A stretch of DNA of 64,000 nucleotides from Candidatus Pacearchaeota archaeon (GCA_018303945.1 JAGVXD010000019.1:2975-66974); one strand, 5' to 3'. Shown: positions 25,411 through 36,257, numbered from the stretch's first letter. Notes: generated by a model from the sequence alone, not told the origin. Translations and numbers: made by a program.

Positions 25411-26220
25411 ATGGATAAAGAAGAGGCATTAAGGAAGCTTGGGCAAGAGATTGAAATACGCAATTTTTCACGGAAAACTCTAAAGGGCTATGTTCATTCA
25501 GTAAGTAAGTTTTGCGATTATCTAAAAGACAAACCTTTTAGTCAGGAAGAGGTTAAGAATTATGTCCAAATGCAGATAAAAAAGCATAATCCCTCTTCTG
25601 TAGCTCACGAGATCTTTGCTATTCAATTTTTCTTTGATAAAGTCCTAGGCAGAAAAATTTATGTTCCAAGGCCAAAAAGAAACAAAACACTCCCAGATAT
25701 ATTAACAAGAGATGAAGCATTGGCATTGGTAAACGCGCCTGTGAACATAAAGCACAGATTGATACTAAAGCTACTCTATGGGTGTGGGCTAAGAGTCTCA
25801 GAGGTAATAAGCCTAAATAAAGACGATTTGAACTTCAATGAAAAGCTAATGCATGTCAGATTAGCAAAGGGTAAAAAAGATAGATTTGTCAGGATTCCAG
25901 ATTCAGTTACAAAAGAATTGGAAAATTACTGCAATTTATTAAATGAAGATGTCCTCTTCCCTTCAAACAGGGGCGGAAGACTGACAACTGCAACAATTCA
26001 GGCAATTGTTGAACAATCTGCTAAAAAGGCAGGTATCACAAAAGAGGTTTATCCTCATCTTTTAAGACATTCGTTTGCAACTCACTTACTAGAATCCGGC
26101 ACCGATTTACGAATAATCCAAAAATTGCTGGGACACTCAGATATAAAAACAACCCAGATTTACACTCGAATATCTCAAGCATCAATCAAAAATATAAAAA
26201 GTCCGCTTGATTCATCATAA
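25411..26220 (+). CDS. tyrosine recombinase, XerA/XerCD-like
   Basis: 269 aa with an N-terminal SAM-like domain, GCGLRVSEV, HLLRHSFATHLL, LGHSDIKTTQIYT, and the catalytic R, HxxR, H and Y. No IntI-type insertion is evident. Confidence 0.9.
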   Translation: MDKEEALRKLGQEIEIRNFSRKTLKGYVHSVSKFCDYLKDKPFSQEEVKNYVQMQIKKHNPSSVAHEIFAIQFFFDKVLGRKIYVPRPKRNKTLPDILTRDEALALVNAPVNIKHRLILKLLYGCGLRVSEVISLNKDDLNFNEKLMHVRLAKGKKDRFVRIPDSVTKELENYCNLLNEDVLFPSNRGGRLTTATIQAIVEQSAKKAGITKEVYPHLLRHSFATHLLESGTDLRIIQKLLGHSDIKTTQIYTRISQASIKNIKSPLDSS

Positions 26221-26221
26221 A

Positions 26222-28477
26222 ATGGCAACCGTAAAGGATTATATCCCTCTGGGAGATGTAAAAATAACGACTGAAAAGGAAGTTAGGCCAAAGCCGACCG
26301 TAGCAGAGCTCACCACAATAGAGTCTCCTGGAAAGCCGGTTCCTGCCTCTAATTTAGTGAAAAAAAGAACACTGGGTAAAAAAGCACCTGAAAAAGAAAA
26401 CAAGATAATTAAAGATTCTATATTGATAATTACAGAAAAACCACAGGCGGCGCAAAAAATAGCGCAGGCACTTGGCACCCCAATTAAACGCTTAGAAAAT
26501 GGAGTTCCTTATTACGAGCTTACAAGAAATGGAAAAATAATAACTGTAGCTTCCGCAGTAGGCCATTTATTCAATCTTACTTACAGCGCTGGACAGAAAG
26601 GCTGGCCAATTTTCAATCTAGAATGGCAACCGTCATATTCAAGAAAAACTGCGGCTTTCACAAAAAAATATTACGAAGTGCTTAAAAGACTCGTGCGTTC
26701 GGCTGAAACATTCATAGTTGCAACAGACTTTGATGTTGAAGGTGAAGTTATAGGATGGAACGTTGTGAGATTTATTGGTAAAAGAACTAATGCCCTGCGC
26801 ATGAAGTTTTCAACTCTCACAAATGATGAATTGGAAAATTCTTATGAAAATCCCATGTCGGAGCTTAATTGGGGCAACGCATATGCAGGAGAGACGCGTC
26901 ATTTTCTTGACTGGCTTTATGGTATCAATCTTTCCCGCGCTCTTATGTCAGCAATAAAGCAGACTGGCTCTTTTAAGGTTCTTTCAATAGGCAGAGTGCA
27001 GGGTCCGGCATTGAAAATAATAGCTGACAGAGAAAAAGAAATATCTGCGTTTAAGCCTGAGCCTTATTGGCAAATATTTGCGCTTGCAGAAAGCATTGAG
27101 TTCAAGCATCCAAAGGATATATTTGACAAATCGCTTCTTGAGCAGTTTAAAGACATAAAGGAAGCAAATGCCGAAACTGAAAAAAACAATGAGAATATCT
27201 CCCCGCCCGTTCCTTTTGACTTGACAACCTTGCAAAGAGAGGCTTATCGCCTTTTCAAGATGAATCCTTCTGAAACTTTAGCCACTACCCAAAAACTATA
27301 TCTTGAGGGAATTATATCCTATCCGCGAACTTCTTCTCAGAAGATTCCTGAAGCAATTCAGCCTAAAAAAATCTTGAAAGCTCTGGCAAAACACTTTCCA
27401 CAGGTAAAAGAAGCCACTAGAGAAAAACCTGTAGAAGGCAAAAAATCAGATCCTGCACATCCATCAATATATCCTACTGGAGAATATAGAAAATTAGTCG
27501 AAAAAGAAGAAAAAATATACAACCTTATAGTCCAGAGATTTATAGCTGCATTTTGTAAAGATGCTGTGGCGGCCAGAAAACACATCATCCTTACAGCGAA
27601 GAACGGCATTACTTTCACAGCAAACGCAACAACTCTGTCAGAAAAAGGATGGATGAAAGTTTATCCTTCATTTATTGAGGAAAGCTCTCTTCCTGACCTT
27701 AATGGTCTGGTTAAAATAGATGAAATTAAAAGTATTGAGAAAGAAACTCAGCCGCCTAATAGATACACTCCCGCCTCGCTCGTAGCAATTTTGGAAAAGA
27801 AAAACCTGGGAACAAAAGCAACACGTTCATCTATTATAGATACATTATTTAATCGTGGCTACTTAGACGGTACAAGCATCAAGGCAACACCTCTCGGAAT
27901 GCAGCTTATTTCTGCTCTTGAAAAATATTCTCCTATTATTATAGATGAAAACCTCACGAGAGAACTGGAAGAAGAATTGGAAAAAATTCAGGAGTCTAAA
28001 AAAGAATTCATGGAACAAGAGCAGAAAGTAATAAAGCATGCGCGGGAAATTATTACTAAAATTTCTGAAGAATTCAAGCAGAAAGAGAAAGAAATAGGAG
28101 AAGAGCTTCTGCAAGGACTTCAGACTCTCAGGCAGGAACAGAATGAATCAAATACTCTCCTTTCTTGTCCAACATGCAAAAAAGGCAACCTTAGGATACT
28201 CTATTCGAAGAAAACAAAGCGATATTTTGTAGCATGTTCTGCTTATCCAGATTGCAAGCAAACATATTCACTTCCCCCAAATGCTTTAATAAAAAAATCG
28301 GATAAACTATGCGAAGCAGACCAGTTCCCTAAACTTCTCGCAATTAGAAAAGGCAAGCGACCCTGGGAGTTCTGCTTCAATCCTAACTGCCCAATAGAAA
28401 AGAAAAAAAGAGAAGAATGGCAGGCACGCAAGGCATCTAATGAAAACCCTAACTCAAATCTGCTGGAAGAAGATTAA
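26222..28477 (+). CDS. topA: type IA DNA topoisomerase (archaeal Topo I/III-like) with C-terminal zinc ribbons
   Basis: Toprim motifs (ITEKPQAA, DFDVEGE), the active-site SYPRTSSQ, and C-terminal CPTC..CSAYPDC. Confidence 0.9.
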   Translation: MATVKDYIPLGDVKITTEKEVRPKPTVAELTTIESPGKPVPASNLVKKRTLGKKAPEKENKIIKDSILIITEKPQAAQKIAQALGTPIKRLENGVPYYELTRNGKIITVASAVGHLFNLTYSAGQKGWPIFNLEWQPSYSRKTAAFTKKYYEVLKRLVRSAETFIVATDFDVEGEVIGWNVVRFIGKRTNALRMKFSTLTNDELENSYENPMSELNWGNAYAGETRHFLDWLYGINLSRALMSAIKQTGSFKVLSIGRVQGPALKIIADREKEISAFKPEPYWQIFALAESIEFKHPKDIFDKSLLEQFKDIKEANAETEKNNENISPPVPFDLTTLQREAYRLFKMNPSETLATTQKLYLEGIISYPRTSSQKIPEAIQPKKILKALAKHFPQVKEATREKPVEGKKSDPAHPSIYPTGEYRKLVEKEEKIYNLIVQRFIAAFCKDAVAARKHIILTAKNGITFTANATTLSEKGWMKVYPSFIEESSLPDLNGLVKIDEIKSIEKETQPPNRYTPASLVAILEKKNLGTKATRSSIIDTLFNRGYLDGTSIKATPLGMQLISALEKYSPIIIDENLTRELEEELEKIQESKKEFMEQEQKVIKHAREIITKISEEFKQKEKEIGEELLQGLQTLRQEQNESNTLLSCPTCKKGNLRILYSKKTKRYFVACSAYPDCKQTYSLPPNALIKKSDKLCEADQFPKLLAIRKGKRPWEFCFNPNCPIEKKKREEWQARKASNENPNSNLLEED

Positions 28478-29727
28478 TTAGATTTTACCAGACGTGTAAT
28501 TAATTCGCTGCTTCTCTTCATCCCTTCAGATATTTTATCTCTAAAAAATTCCTTTGTCTCATAAAATTGCCTTGTATAACTATCACTATCCATTTTCTTG
28601 ACTATTGATGCCCACTGTTTAACGGCATCGTGAAACTCTAAATCATCAGCTCTTATAGACCTATCAAATAGAGCAGCATTTATGGATTCTTCAAGAAGTC
28701 CATTATCTCTAAATAAATATTCAGCAATTCCTAATCTTAATTTAAATAATGGCGTCTGGCATATCAAATTATTATATGGATTGACTCTTAATTTATGCCA
28801 TGCATCCACCATAGTTAGCAAGCTTAAATGAGAGTTCTGTTTTCTCTCATTTCTTGCTCCTAGATTGAAATCCCCCATTATTTTATCTTCTAACATTATG
28901 GGAGAATTTTTATTTCCAAATATCAAATCAGAAGCCTCTTTCAGTCTGCTTCTAAGTGCCTTCTCATCTTCCTTAATCATTAATCTGAATATATCTGCTT
29001 CTGATTTTGCATATTGCCCTATCTGATTTATAGCAAAAGGATTAAGCATTGCAAGTCCAGAATAAACATGAGATTTCCCCCCAAATATTCTTAAAGTCAT
29101 TAATATTTTTACATTATCTATACCTCCGATATATGCCGGATTTTCCCAGGGATAAAACCCTGCATTCATCCAGGCACTGCCCATGCTCTCAAATCCAATA
29201 TGCGTCACTGCTTGAGTATCTGCAGTGATTCTATCATGCACTTTATAATCAGAAATTTCAATTATTCTGGAGCCCAACGTTTCAAAAGTTTCTCGCGCCA
29301 AATTGTAAGCCTCTCTCGAGCTTCTGTGATTAATTAAAACTAGATTTTGTCCGACTGGGCTGACTGAACCACCATGTAAAGAATGGCATGTGACTATATG
29401 CGTCTCTCTTGGAAGATATTTCTCAAATGCTTCTATTTCGGGAGTCTTTACAGATGTTTGGCCTGCAACAATAGCCCCTCTTCTTGTCAATGGACCATAT
29501 TGTCTTACTGTTTCATGAATATTATGTGCTTGAACAGAATAAATTATTAGCTCGCTTTCTCTACATATATCTTCTGCGTTTACAATATTTATTCTTGTTC
29601 CAAATTCCTCTTTTATCCTATCTATATTTTCTGGCAAATCACATCCAGATACTTCATGGCCTATGCTGGAAAACTCTCGGGCATACAACTTTCCCATGTC
29701 TCCTAAACCTACAATGCCTATATTCAT
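28474..29727 (-). CDS. prephenate dehydrogenase, long TYR1-like (NADP-type) form
   Basis: IGIVGLGDMGKLYA, GQTSVKTPEIEAFEKYLP, HSLHG, LVLINHRS and HDRITADTQAVTH match my recollection of the fungal TYR1 sequence over most of the length. Confidence 0.7.
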   Translation of the reverse strand: MNIGIVGLGDMGKLYAREFSSIGHEVSGCDLPENIDRIKEEFGTRINIVNAEDICRESELIIYSVQAHNIHETVRQYGPLTRRGAIVAGQTSVKTPEIEAFEKYLPRETHIVTCHSLHGGSVSPVGQNLVLINHRSSREAYNLARETFETLGSRIIEISDYKVHDRITADTQAVTHIGFESMGSAWMNAGFYPWENPAYIGGIDNVKILMTLRIFGGKSHVYSGLAMLNPFAINQIGQYAKSEADIFRLMIKEDEKALRSRLKEASDLIFGNKNSPIMLEDKIMGDFNLGARNERKQNSHLSLLTMVDAWHKLRVNPYNNLICQTPLFKLRLGIAEYLFRDNGLLEESINAALFDRSIRADDLEFHDAVKQWASIVKKMDSDSYTRQFYETKEFFRDKISEGMKRSSELITRLVKSN

Positions 29728-29867
29728 AAATATCGGATAAAATTACGGTTTATAAAGTATCGCAAATAAACGTTAGACTAGAAATGTTTATGCCTATAAT
29801 GCTTAAAAATACCTCAGTCTTTCACCAGACAACGCATGTATAAATATAAGATTTTCATAAATTAATT

Positions 29868-30020
29868 ATGAAAAACAGACAAAAAACAAACAGGGGAAGA
29901 GGCTCAAACCTCACCCATCACGACCGAGTGATTGGAGGACAAAATTCGGCCGCTGAACAGGAACGTGACGAACGTGGCCGCTTTGCCGGCAAAAACAGGT
30001 CCATGTGGAGTACTTCTTAA
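29868..30020 (+). CDS. small basic/Gly-rich protein (50 aa), KGG/stress-protein-like (tentative)
   Basis: Not in the ORF track. A TATA-like TATAAATATAA lies about 20 nt upstream. The GGQNSAAEQERDERGRFAG segment is the basis for the tentative family. Confidence 0.3.
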   Translation: MKNRQKTNRGRGSNLTHHDRVIGGQNSAAEQERDERGRFAGKNRSMWSTS

Positions 30021-30022
30021 AT

Positions 30023-30595
30023 TTACTTGCCCATTCTGCTCCAGGAACGTAAACTAGGTCTTACCTTTTGATTTGGACTTTTGCTTCTTAATCCACGGGA
30101 CTTTTTGCCGGCGCTCGTCAATCCTCTATGAGCGCGATTCTTATTTGTTGACGAAGAAATCCACGCTAAATTTGGGTCATTTAGTATCTCTGGTTTAGTT
30201 GGATCTATCATGATAATCTCATAAAAATAATACTTCCCATCTTTTGCAAGCAAATAAGAGTTTAATACTTCCAAATTATTGTAAGAGTTTGCCGCCCTTA
30301 ATTCTGCTACCCATCTGTAATTCATTTTCAATATTTTTCTGATATGCTGCTTTCTTGATTTCCTTCCGTGTTTATGCCTTGTACGCTTTCTTCCTCCCCT
30401 CTTGATTCTCACACGCAAGACTATAATCCCTGTTTTTGCTTTGTACCCTAATGAACGGGCCCTGTCAAGTCTTAATGGTTTATCCACTCTTACAACTGAA
30501 TTGCCCTCTCTCCATGCTATAAGTCTCTCCTGAAGCATTTCCCGAGTTGGCTTCTTCCAGGACTGCCGAATGTAATGATACGCTCCTAATGCCAT
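30023..30595 (-). CDS. rpl15e: 50S ribosomal protein L15e
   Basis: MALGAYHYIRQSWKKP start and a highly basic body typical of L15e. Confidence 0.95.
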   Translation of the reverse strand: MALGAYHYIRQSWKKPTREMLQERLIAWREGNSVVRVDKPLRLDRARSLGYKAKTGIIVLRVRIKRGGRKRTRHKHGRKSRKQHIRKILKMNYRWVAELRAANSYNNLEVLNSYLLAKDGKYYFYEIIMIDPTKPEILNDPNLAWISSSTNKNRAHRGLTSAGKKSRGLRSKSPNQKVRPSLRSWSRMGK

Positions 30596-30626
30596 TTCTC
30601 TTGATACAAAAACTGCTTTTTAAACC

Positions 30627-31334
30627 TTATTGCCTGGCAAACTTCCACAAAAGCTCGAAATACTTTCTGTACCCTTCGCTTATTTCCTTGTTTTTTATAA
30701 CAATTGCTAATGGATTTTCCTTGCTCCAAAGTACAAGAGCAACTTTATCCCCATATATATTAACTGCAAGCGGGGAATGGTATTTTTCAGGAAGGAATCG
30801 CACTTCAGAATAAGGAATATTTGGGAGAGTGCGCTGCTTATTAAAAATGATGCGCGCCCTTATCTTACTTTTCGCTCTTCTCTTGTCAAAACACTTGAAG
30901 TAAAATCTTAAGATATCATAAGCAAGAGGGGAAGCTCCTAAAACAAGAATCTCCTTTTTAGTAGAAATCTGGTCCTCAAATACGGTTTTCAATCCATTTC
31001 TGCCTTTATAAAAATTAGTTTCCTCTTTCTCCTTAGTCTTTGTAAAAAGCTCCATCATTCTTGGCAGAGCTTCAGAAACATACTTCTCCTTCTCTCTCAA
31101 CAATTCAACAACTCTCTCCGGACTTACTGCCTGGAAAAGCTTGACATTATTCTCCAGAATATAACCTATTAGCCCTTTTTGTATGAGCATCTCTACAGTA
31201 TCATATACGACTCTTCTGTGTAGCCCTGATTTTCTGGATATTATGCCTGCATGGCTCGGTCCCATTTCAAGCAAGGTCGTATAAACCTTAGCTTCATTTT
31301 CAGTCAAACCCGCTTCTTTTAGCTGTTCCTTCAT
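30627..31334 (-). CDS. TrmB-family transcriptional regulator
   Basis: N-terminal LTENEAKVYTTLLEMGPSHAGIISRKSGLHRRVVYDTVEMLIQKGL. Confidence 0.8.
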   Translation of the reverse strand: MKEQLKEAGLTENEAKVYTTLLEMGPSHAGIISRKSGLHRRVVYDTVEMLIQKGLIGYILENNVKLFQAVSPERVVELLREKEKYVSEALPRMMELFTKTKEKEETNFYKGRNGLKTVFEDQISTKKEILVLGASPLAYDILRFYFKCFDKRRAKSKIRARIIFNKQRTLPNIPYSEVRFLPEKYHSPLAVNIYGDKVALVLWSKENPLAIVIKNKEISEGYRKYFELLWKFARQ

Positions 31335-31447
31335 AATTAAATCAACCTTAGTTTGCTTATATATATTGTGGTGAGTGAAATCACCTCAAAATTTCAAATA
31401 CTGTTATATCATTATTATATTAAGAAATGTAAGGAGGAAAAAACAAA

Positions 31448-31927
31448 ATGGAAAGCGAAATAATACAGCTTATTGCAAGAGACAGGTTAGAAATACCATT
31501 GTCCAGTATGTACCAGAAGGTAAAAAGAGTAAAAAAGAAAGATGCTGGCAATCTGGCAGAAAAGCTTGGCAGTGCACAGTTTGCAGGAGAAAGAACATAT
31601 GCTTTCGTAGAAAGCGAAGACAAAGAACGAGCGCGTGGTATGAAAGAAGCTATTGCAGAGTTTGCACAGGAATTTCCAAAATATGGCCAAATACTGATTG
31701 GCAAAATAGCCGAAAGGAGAGTTATTGCAGAAGAGCACCTGTACTTCGGGGTAAACCCAGGATGCAGACTGACAACTGATGACTATATAACTGCATTGCA
31801 AAGCACAGGCTTATCAGAGAAAGTGTCAAGAGAACTTTATCCTGATTTGATTAAAGTAAGCAGGAAACTTGCAAAGGCTAGCGAAGAGAAAAGAAGCGTA
31901 ATAGTAGGCAAATATGCCCAGGATTAA
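31448..31927 (+). CDS. hypothetical protein
   Basis: 159-aa ORF, preferred over the overlapping Arg/Lys-biased alternative frames. Confidence 0.5.
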   Translation: MESEIIQLIARDRLEIPLSSMYQKVKRVKKKDAGNLAEKLGSAQFAGERTYAFVESEDKERARGMKEAIAEFAQEFPKYGQILIGKIAERRVIAEEHLYFGVNPGCRLTTDDYITALQSTGLSEKVSRELYPDLIKVSRKLAKASEEKRSVIVGKYAQD

Positions 31928-32111
31928 CGCTAAGAATTTTTATTTTTTATTTTTTTAAATTATAAGGATAAGGAAAGGAGATAATTATCTTACGTAGATA
32001 CGAGGGTTAAACTAGATAAGTTATAGTATACATATTAGAAATTATATGCTCTATGCTGACAACTATAGATTATCTTAAATGCAAAGGGCACTAATAGTTT
32101 TATCTAGGATG

Positions 32112-32546
32112 CTATGGGGGAGAACTCCAAACTAAGTCTGAAAGGGGGACTAGGTTGCTAAGAAAATCGCCACCATACTGGCTTACAAGGCATTGTTCAA
32201 CAGATGGCTTAGCACGTTCATTTATACGATAAATATCGGTATTCAGCATATTTCCTTCTTGATAAATCAATCTAACACCTTGGGCAAGTTGTATTGCATT
32301 ATCAAATCCGCTTGTTCTTTCAAGAAGAGAAGTTCCATCGCCCGCAGAATAGCCTTTAAACATTCTTTCCAAATTATGCCTATCGGCAACTCTTTTCAGT
32401 CTTTCTTTGAAATCATTTGATTTAAAAGATGGTCTTCCAGGCTTAAGTATAATGAGGCCGAGAACAAGAGAGCTACAAGATATTTCCTCATTTGGCCTCT
32501 GCATAGTCGCTGTTTCATCAATTTGAGCCATAGTGGTAAATAACAT
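32112..32546 (-). CDS. hypothetical protein
   Basis: 144-aa ORF with no motif recognised. Confidence 0.45.
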   Translation of the reverse strand: MLFTTMAQIDETATMQRPNEEISCSSLVLGLIILKPGRPSFKSNDFKERLKRVADRHNLERMFKGYSAGDGTSLLERTSGFDNAIQLAQGVRLIYQEGNMLNTDIYRINERAKPSVEQCLVSQYGGDFLSNLVPLSDLVWSSPP

Positions 32547-32733
32547 AATTAGTTTATAACTATTTGTATGATTTATAAAAATAAAGAATTGTTAGCTTGG
32601 ATATGATGGCCATTTTCAAGGCTTATAAAAGTATAAAGGATTTATTTCCGACTGGTTGGTTGAGAAGTACGGCTGATATCTGCTTACATCAGCAGATTTT
32701 TATACCTGTTTTATATTGATGGAATGAGGCAAC

Positions 32734-34584
32734 ATGGTAAAAATAAACAAAAGAAAATTTTATGTAACAACACCGATATATTATCCTAATGATATTCCAC
32801 ATATAGGGCACGCATATACAACTATAGCGGCAGATATACTGGCAAGATGGTATAAATTAAAAGAATATGACTTATTTTTTCTTACTGGAACAGATGAACA
32901 CGGTAAAAAAATGGAGCAAACAGCAGAAAAAGCAAAACGTAAGCCAAAAACATTTGTTGATGGACTCATACCAGAATTTAAGAATGCCTGGCAAAAGCTT
33001 AATGTAAAATATGACCGATTTATAAGAACAACAGATTCAGACCACGAGCAAGTTGTGCAGGTAATTCTGTCAGAAGTCCATAAAAATGGAGATATATATG
33101 AAGGATACTACGAAGGATATTATTGCACCGCTTGTGAAGCATACTATACAGAAAAAGATCTGATAAAAGATTGCTGCCCTATTCATAAAACTAAAATAGA
33201 AAAGCTAAAAGAAGAATCATATTTCTTTAAGCTAAGTAAATATCAAAAGATTTTGCTCGATTTATATGAGAAAAACCCTGACTTTATCTCTCCAAGATAC
33301 AGAAGTAATGAAATAATCAACAGAGTAAAAGAAGGCCTGCAGGATCTTTCAATTTCAAGAACATCTTTTTCATGGGGCATCCCCCTCCCATTTGACAAGA
33401 AGCACGTCTGTTACGTCTGGTTTGATGCTCTGATTAATTACCTGAGTGGTATAGGTTATCTTGAAAAAAGCAAACAATTTAAGAAATACTGGCCTGCTGA
33501 TGTACACCTTGTTGGAAAAGACATTCTCTGGTTTCACGCAGTTATATGGCCTGCAATACTCCTTTCTCTAAAATTACCTCTCCCAAGAAAAATATTTGCC
33601 CATGGATGGTGGACAATTAATGGCGAAAAAATGAGCAAGACATCAGGAAATGTTATAAACATAGAAAAGCTCATAAGCTTTGCAGGAGTAGATTCAGCAC
33701 GCTATTTCCTATTTAGAGAGACGCCATTCGGAAACGATGGTGACTTTTCGGAGTCTGCTTTAATAAAGAGGCACAATACTGAACTCGCAGACAAATTAGG
33801 GAATCTTGTTACGCGTGTCTCTACTTTGGCAGAAAAGTACGGATTAGAGAAAATAAAATCTTCAAAATCATTAGACTCATCAAAAACTATAAATAAAACT
33901 GTGAAATACATTGAAAACTATGAATTTGACAAAGCACTCAATGAAATCTTCGCATTTATAGATAAATGCAATGAATATATCCAAGATAAAAAACCATGGG
34001 AAAGTCACGATAAAAAAGTTATTTATGAATTGTCAAATGGAATAAAAAGCATATCTATATTGCTCTCCCCCTTTATGCCAGAAACTGCAGATAAAATTGC
34101 AAAGAATTTCAATTTTGAAATCTCTTTAAAATCCTTGGGAACTTCCCTGCAAGTGGTAAAGATTAAAAAGTCAGATATACTATTTAAAAAGATGGAAGAA
34201 ACAACGACAGTAAATAAAAAGCAATCTTCACCTCATGCTCAAGCTAAGCAAGAAAATAAAATCCCCTATGAAGACTTTGTAAAATTAGATTTAAGAGTGG
34301 GAAAGATTATAAAAGTTGAAGACCATCCTCAGGCTGACAAACTCTATGTCCTGACTGTTGATTTGGGAGAAGAAAAACCAAGGACTATTATTGCTGGTTT
34401 AAGATTAAAATATAAAAAAGAGGACTTGAATGGAAAATTAGGTATATTTGTGGCAAACCTAGAGCCGGCAAAGCTTAGAGGAATTGAAAGCGATGGCATG
34501 ATTCTGGCCGCGGGTGACAACTATGACTCCATTGTAATCCTTAAACCTGAAAAAGAAGTGAAGCCTGGAAGCAAGATTAGATGA
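32734..34584 (+). CDS. metG: methionyl-tRNA synthetase with C-terminal EMAP/Trbp111-like tRNA-binding domain
   Basis: HIGH (PHIGHAYT), KMSKTSGN, a zinc knuckle CTAC..CCPIH, and a C-terminal OB domain. Confidence 0.95.
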   Translation: MVKINKRKFYVTTPIYYPNDIPHIGHAYTTIAADILARWYKLKEYDLFFLTGTDEHGKKMEQTAEKAKRKPKTFVDGLIPEFKNAWQKLNVKYDRFIRTTDSDHEQVVQVILSEVHKNGDIYEGYYEGYYCTACEAYYTEKDLIKDCCPIHKTKIEKLKEESYFFKLSKYQKILLDLYEKNPDFISPRYRSNEIINRVKEGLQDLSISRTSFSWGIPLPFDKKHVCYVWFDALINYLSGIGYLEKSKQFKKYWPADVHLVGKDILWFHAVIWPAILLSLKLPLPRKIFAHGWWTINGEKMSKTSGNVINIEKLISFAGVDSARYFLFRETPFGNDGDFSESALIKRHNTELADKLGNLVTRVSTLAEKYGLEKIKSSKSLDSSKTINKTVKYIENYEFDKALNEIFAFIDKCNEYIQDKKPWESHDKKVIYELSNGIKSISILLSPFMPETADKIAKNFNFEISLKSLGTSLQVVKIKKSDILFKKMEETTTVNKKQSSPHAQAKQENKIPYEDFVKLDLRVGKIIKVEDHPQADKLYVLTVDLGEEKPRTIIAGLRLKYKKEDLNGKLGIFVANLEPAKLRGIESDGMILAAGDNYDSIVILKPEKEVKPGSKIR

Positions 34585-34588
34585 AAAC

Positions 34589-34969
34589 TTAATTGTGATT
34601 TGCTCTATCAAGAGAAGCTCTACCCAGTTGAAGTCGGCGTTCGGAAAGGCGAGTGTTGAATTCATGTAGTGCTTGAGCAAATTCTTGATCCTCTGCTTTA
34701 TTAATTAGTTCATCAAGCCTGCTCTCTGGATGATTTAATGGGTTGACCAAAAAGCGACAATATTTTTTTATGGTAGAAACTGATTTACTAATCATGGGCT
34801 TGATTGCAGCATATACTGCAAATTCTCTAAACTGGTAAAGTCCAATCTTTGCGGAGCTGTTAGCAAAATAGAAGCCGACCAAATTTGCAAGAGGCTCTTC
34901 AGATAATCCATATTCATTGTACAATTTTCTGCAGAGAAAATCCTGCATAACACTTGACCAGTCGTTCAA
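34589..34969 (-). CDS. hypothetical protein
   Basis: 126-aa ORF. Confidence 0.45.
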   Translation of the reverse strand: MNDWSSVMQDFLCRKLYNEYGLSEEPLANLVGFYFANSSAKIGLYQFREFAVYAAIKPMISKSVSTIKKYCRFLVNPLNHPESRLDELINKAEDQEFAQALHEFNTRLSERRLQLGRASLDRANHN

Positions 34970-35127
34970 TAAACTTCTCTCCTTTGCCGATACTTTTATT
35001 TTTGCTTCCTTTCGAGAGCACTTATACCTGATTGTGCTCTCGGTTAATCAAGCTACACATTGTAAATATAAATACTTATCCATGTCCAAGCTAGAATTGA
35101 GGACTGGCATCTTTCCAGATTAGAAAA

Positions 35128-35773
35128 TTACCTCCCTAGTAGTCTTTCCCACAAAGAAACATTCTCGCGATAATTTCCATTGCCTATTATTCTGGCCGCT
35201 ATAAGACGGTATGCCTTTGCTGCCTTGCTCTTTGGATGAGTATGAATAAGTGCATCTTTCATAACCAAAGCAGACTGCACAGCTGAATCTTCAGGAATAA
35301 CACCCAGAATGGGAAGCTCAAGCATATCACGTACATTAGCGATGGGCATTTCAGTTCTTGTACCTCTTACGCGAGTAACAATTACTCCCCTGACTTCTTT
35401 TCCCATTTCCTCAATTACCTTGCTAGTTTTCAACGCGTCAGTAACTGCGGGAATCTCTGGATTAGTAACTATAATAAGCTCATCGCCAGCCTCAATTGCA
35501 GCTATAGCTTCCTCTCCAAGTCCGGCAGCAGAATCATAAATAATATAGTCTGCCATTTTTCTTAACTTCTTTCCAACTTCTTTGAGCTTTGAATGATTGA
35601 GGCGCTTCAGCTCTTTAACAGACAATGAACTGGGAATAATCTTAGTCCCGGACTCATGTTCATATATGGCATCTGCAATACGCGCTTTTCCCAACAAGAC
35701 ATGATTTAAGCTTACTGGAACAATAGGTGCCAACACCCCCTTTACCAGATGTTATTGTAATAAGTTTAGCCAT
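35128..35773 (-). pseudogene. MinD/ParA-family ATPase, disrupted (frameshift plus loss of the Walker A Lys-Thr and about 35-40 aa)
   Basis: The ATG at 35773 encodes MAKLITITSGKGGVG and then leaves the frame. The 202-aa ORF resumes at a region equivalent to ...LNHVLLGKARIADAIYE of archaeal MinD. Confidence 0.55.
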
Positions 35774-35810
35774 GATTTTTAGTGCGATACCAACGACACA
35801 ATACAAAACT

Positions 35811-36257
35811 TTATTTAAGACTGCTTATAAACCTTTCTAGAAGAGAAGAATACTCCTTTAATTTATCCAAGTTGATATTGATAATCTCGCCATGATATGT
35901 GACTTTTAAATTTACTCCTTTCCTAAATTCATTCTCACGAACCTTTGGAAGAGTTTCTATATCTCTAAAAAGCTCATAAAGTCTTAGAGTCTCGCTTATT
36001 AAAGGGTCATCAGAGTAGACTTGCTTCAGCTGCACCAGCTTAGCGCGGGGTGCATCGGGTACAGCTTTCCATTTCTTCTTCTTCTTCGCCCTAGTTATCA
36101 AATGTTCCATGCCTAAATCTATCATGGTCCTCCACCTTAAAAGAAGGTTAATAATTACATCGCATGTCTTAGTATACTTAAGACTTACATAAAGAAGATG
36201 GTCAGCGCTAATCTTTTCTTTGATAATTTGCTCCATACCTAAACCACTCTTTGACAA
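35811..36257 (-). CDS. hypothetical protein
   Basis: 148-aa ORF. Confidence 0.5.
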   Translation of the reverse strand: MSKSGLGMEQIIKEKISADHLLYVSLKYTKTCDVIINLLLRWRTMIDLGMEHLITRAKKKKKWKAVPDAPRAKLVQLKQVYSDDPLISETLRLYELFRDIETLPKVRENEFRKGVNLKVTYHGEIININLDKLKEYSSLLERFISSLK

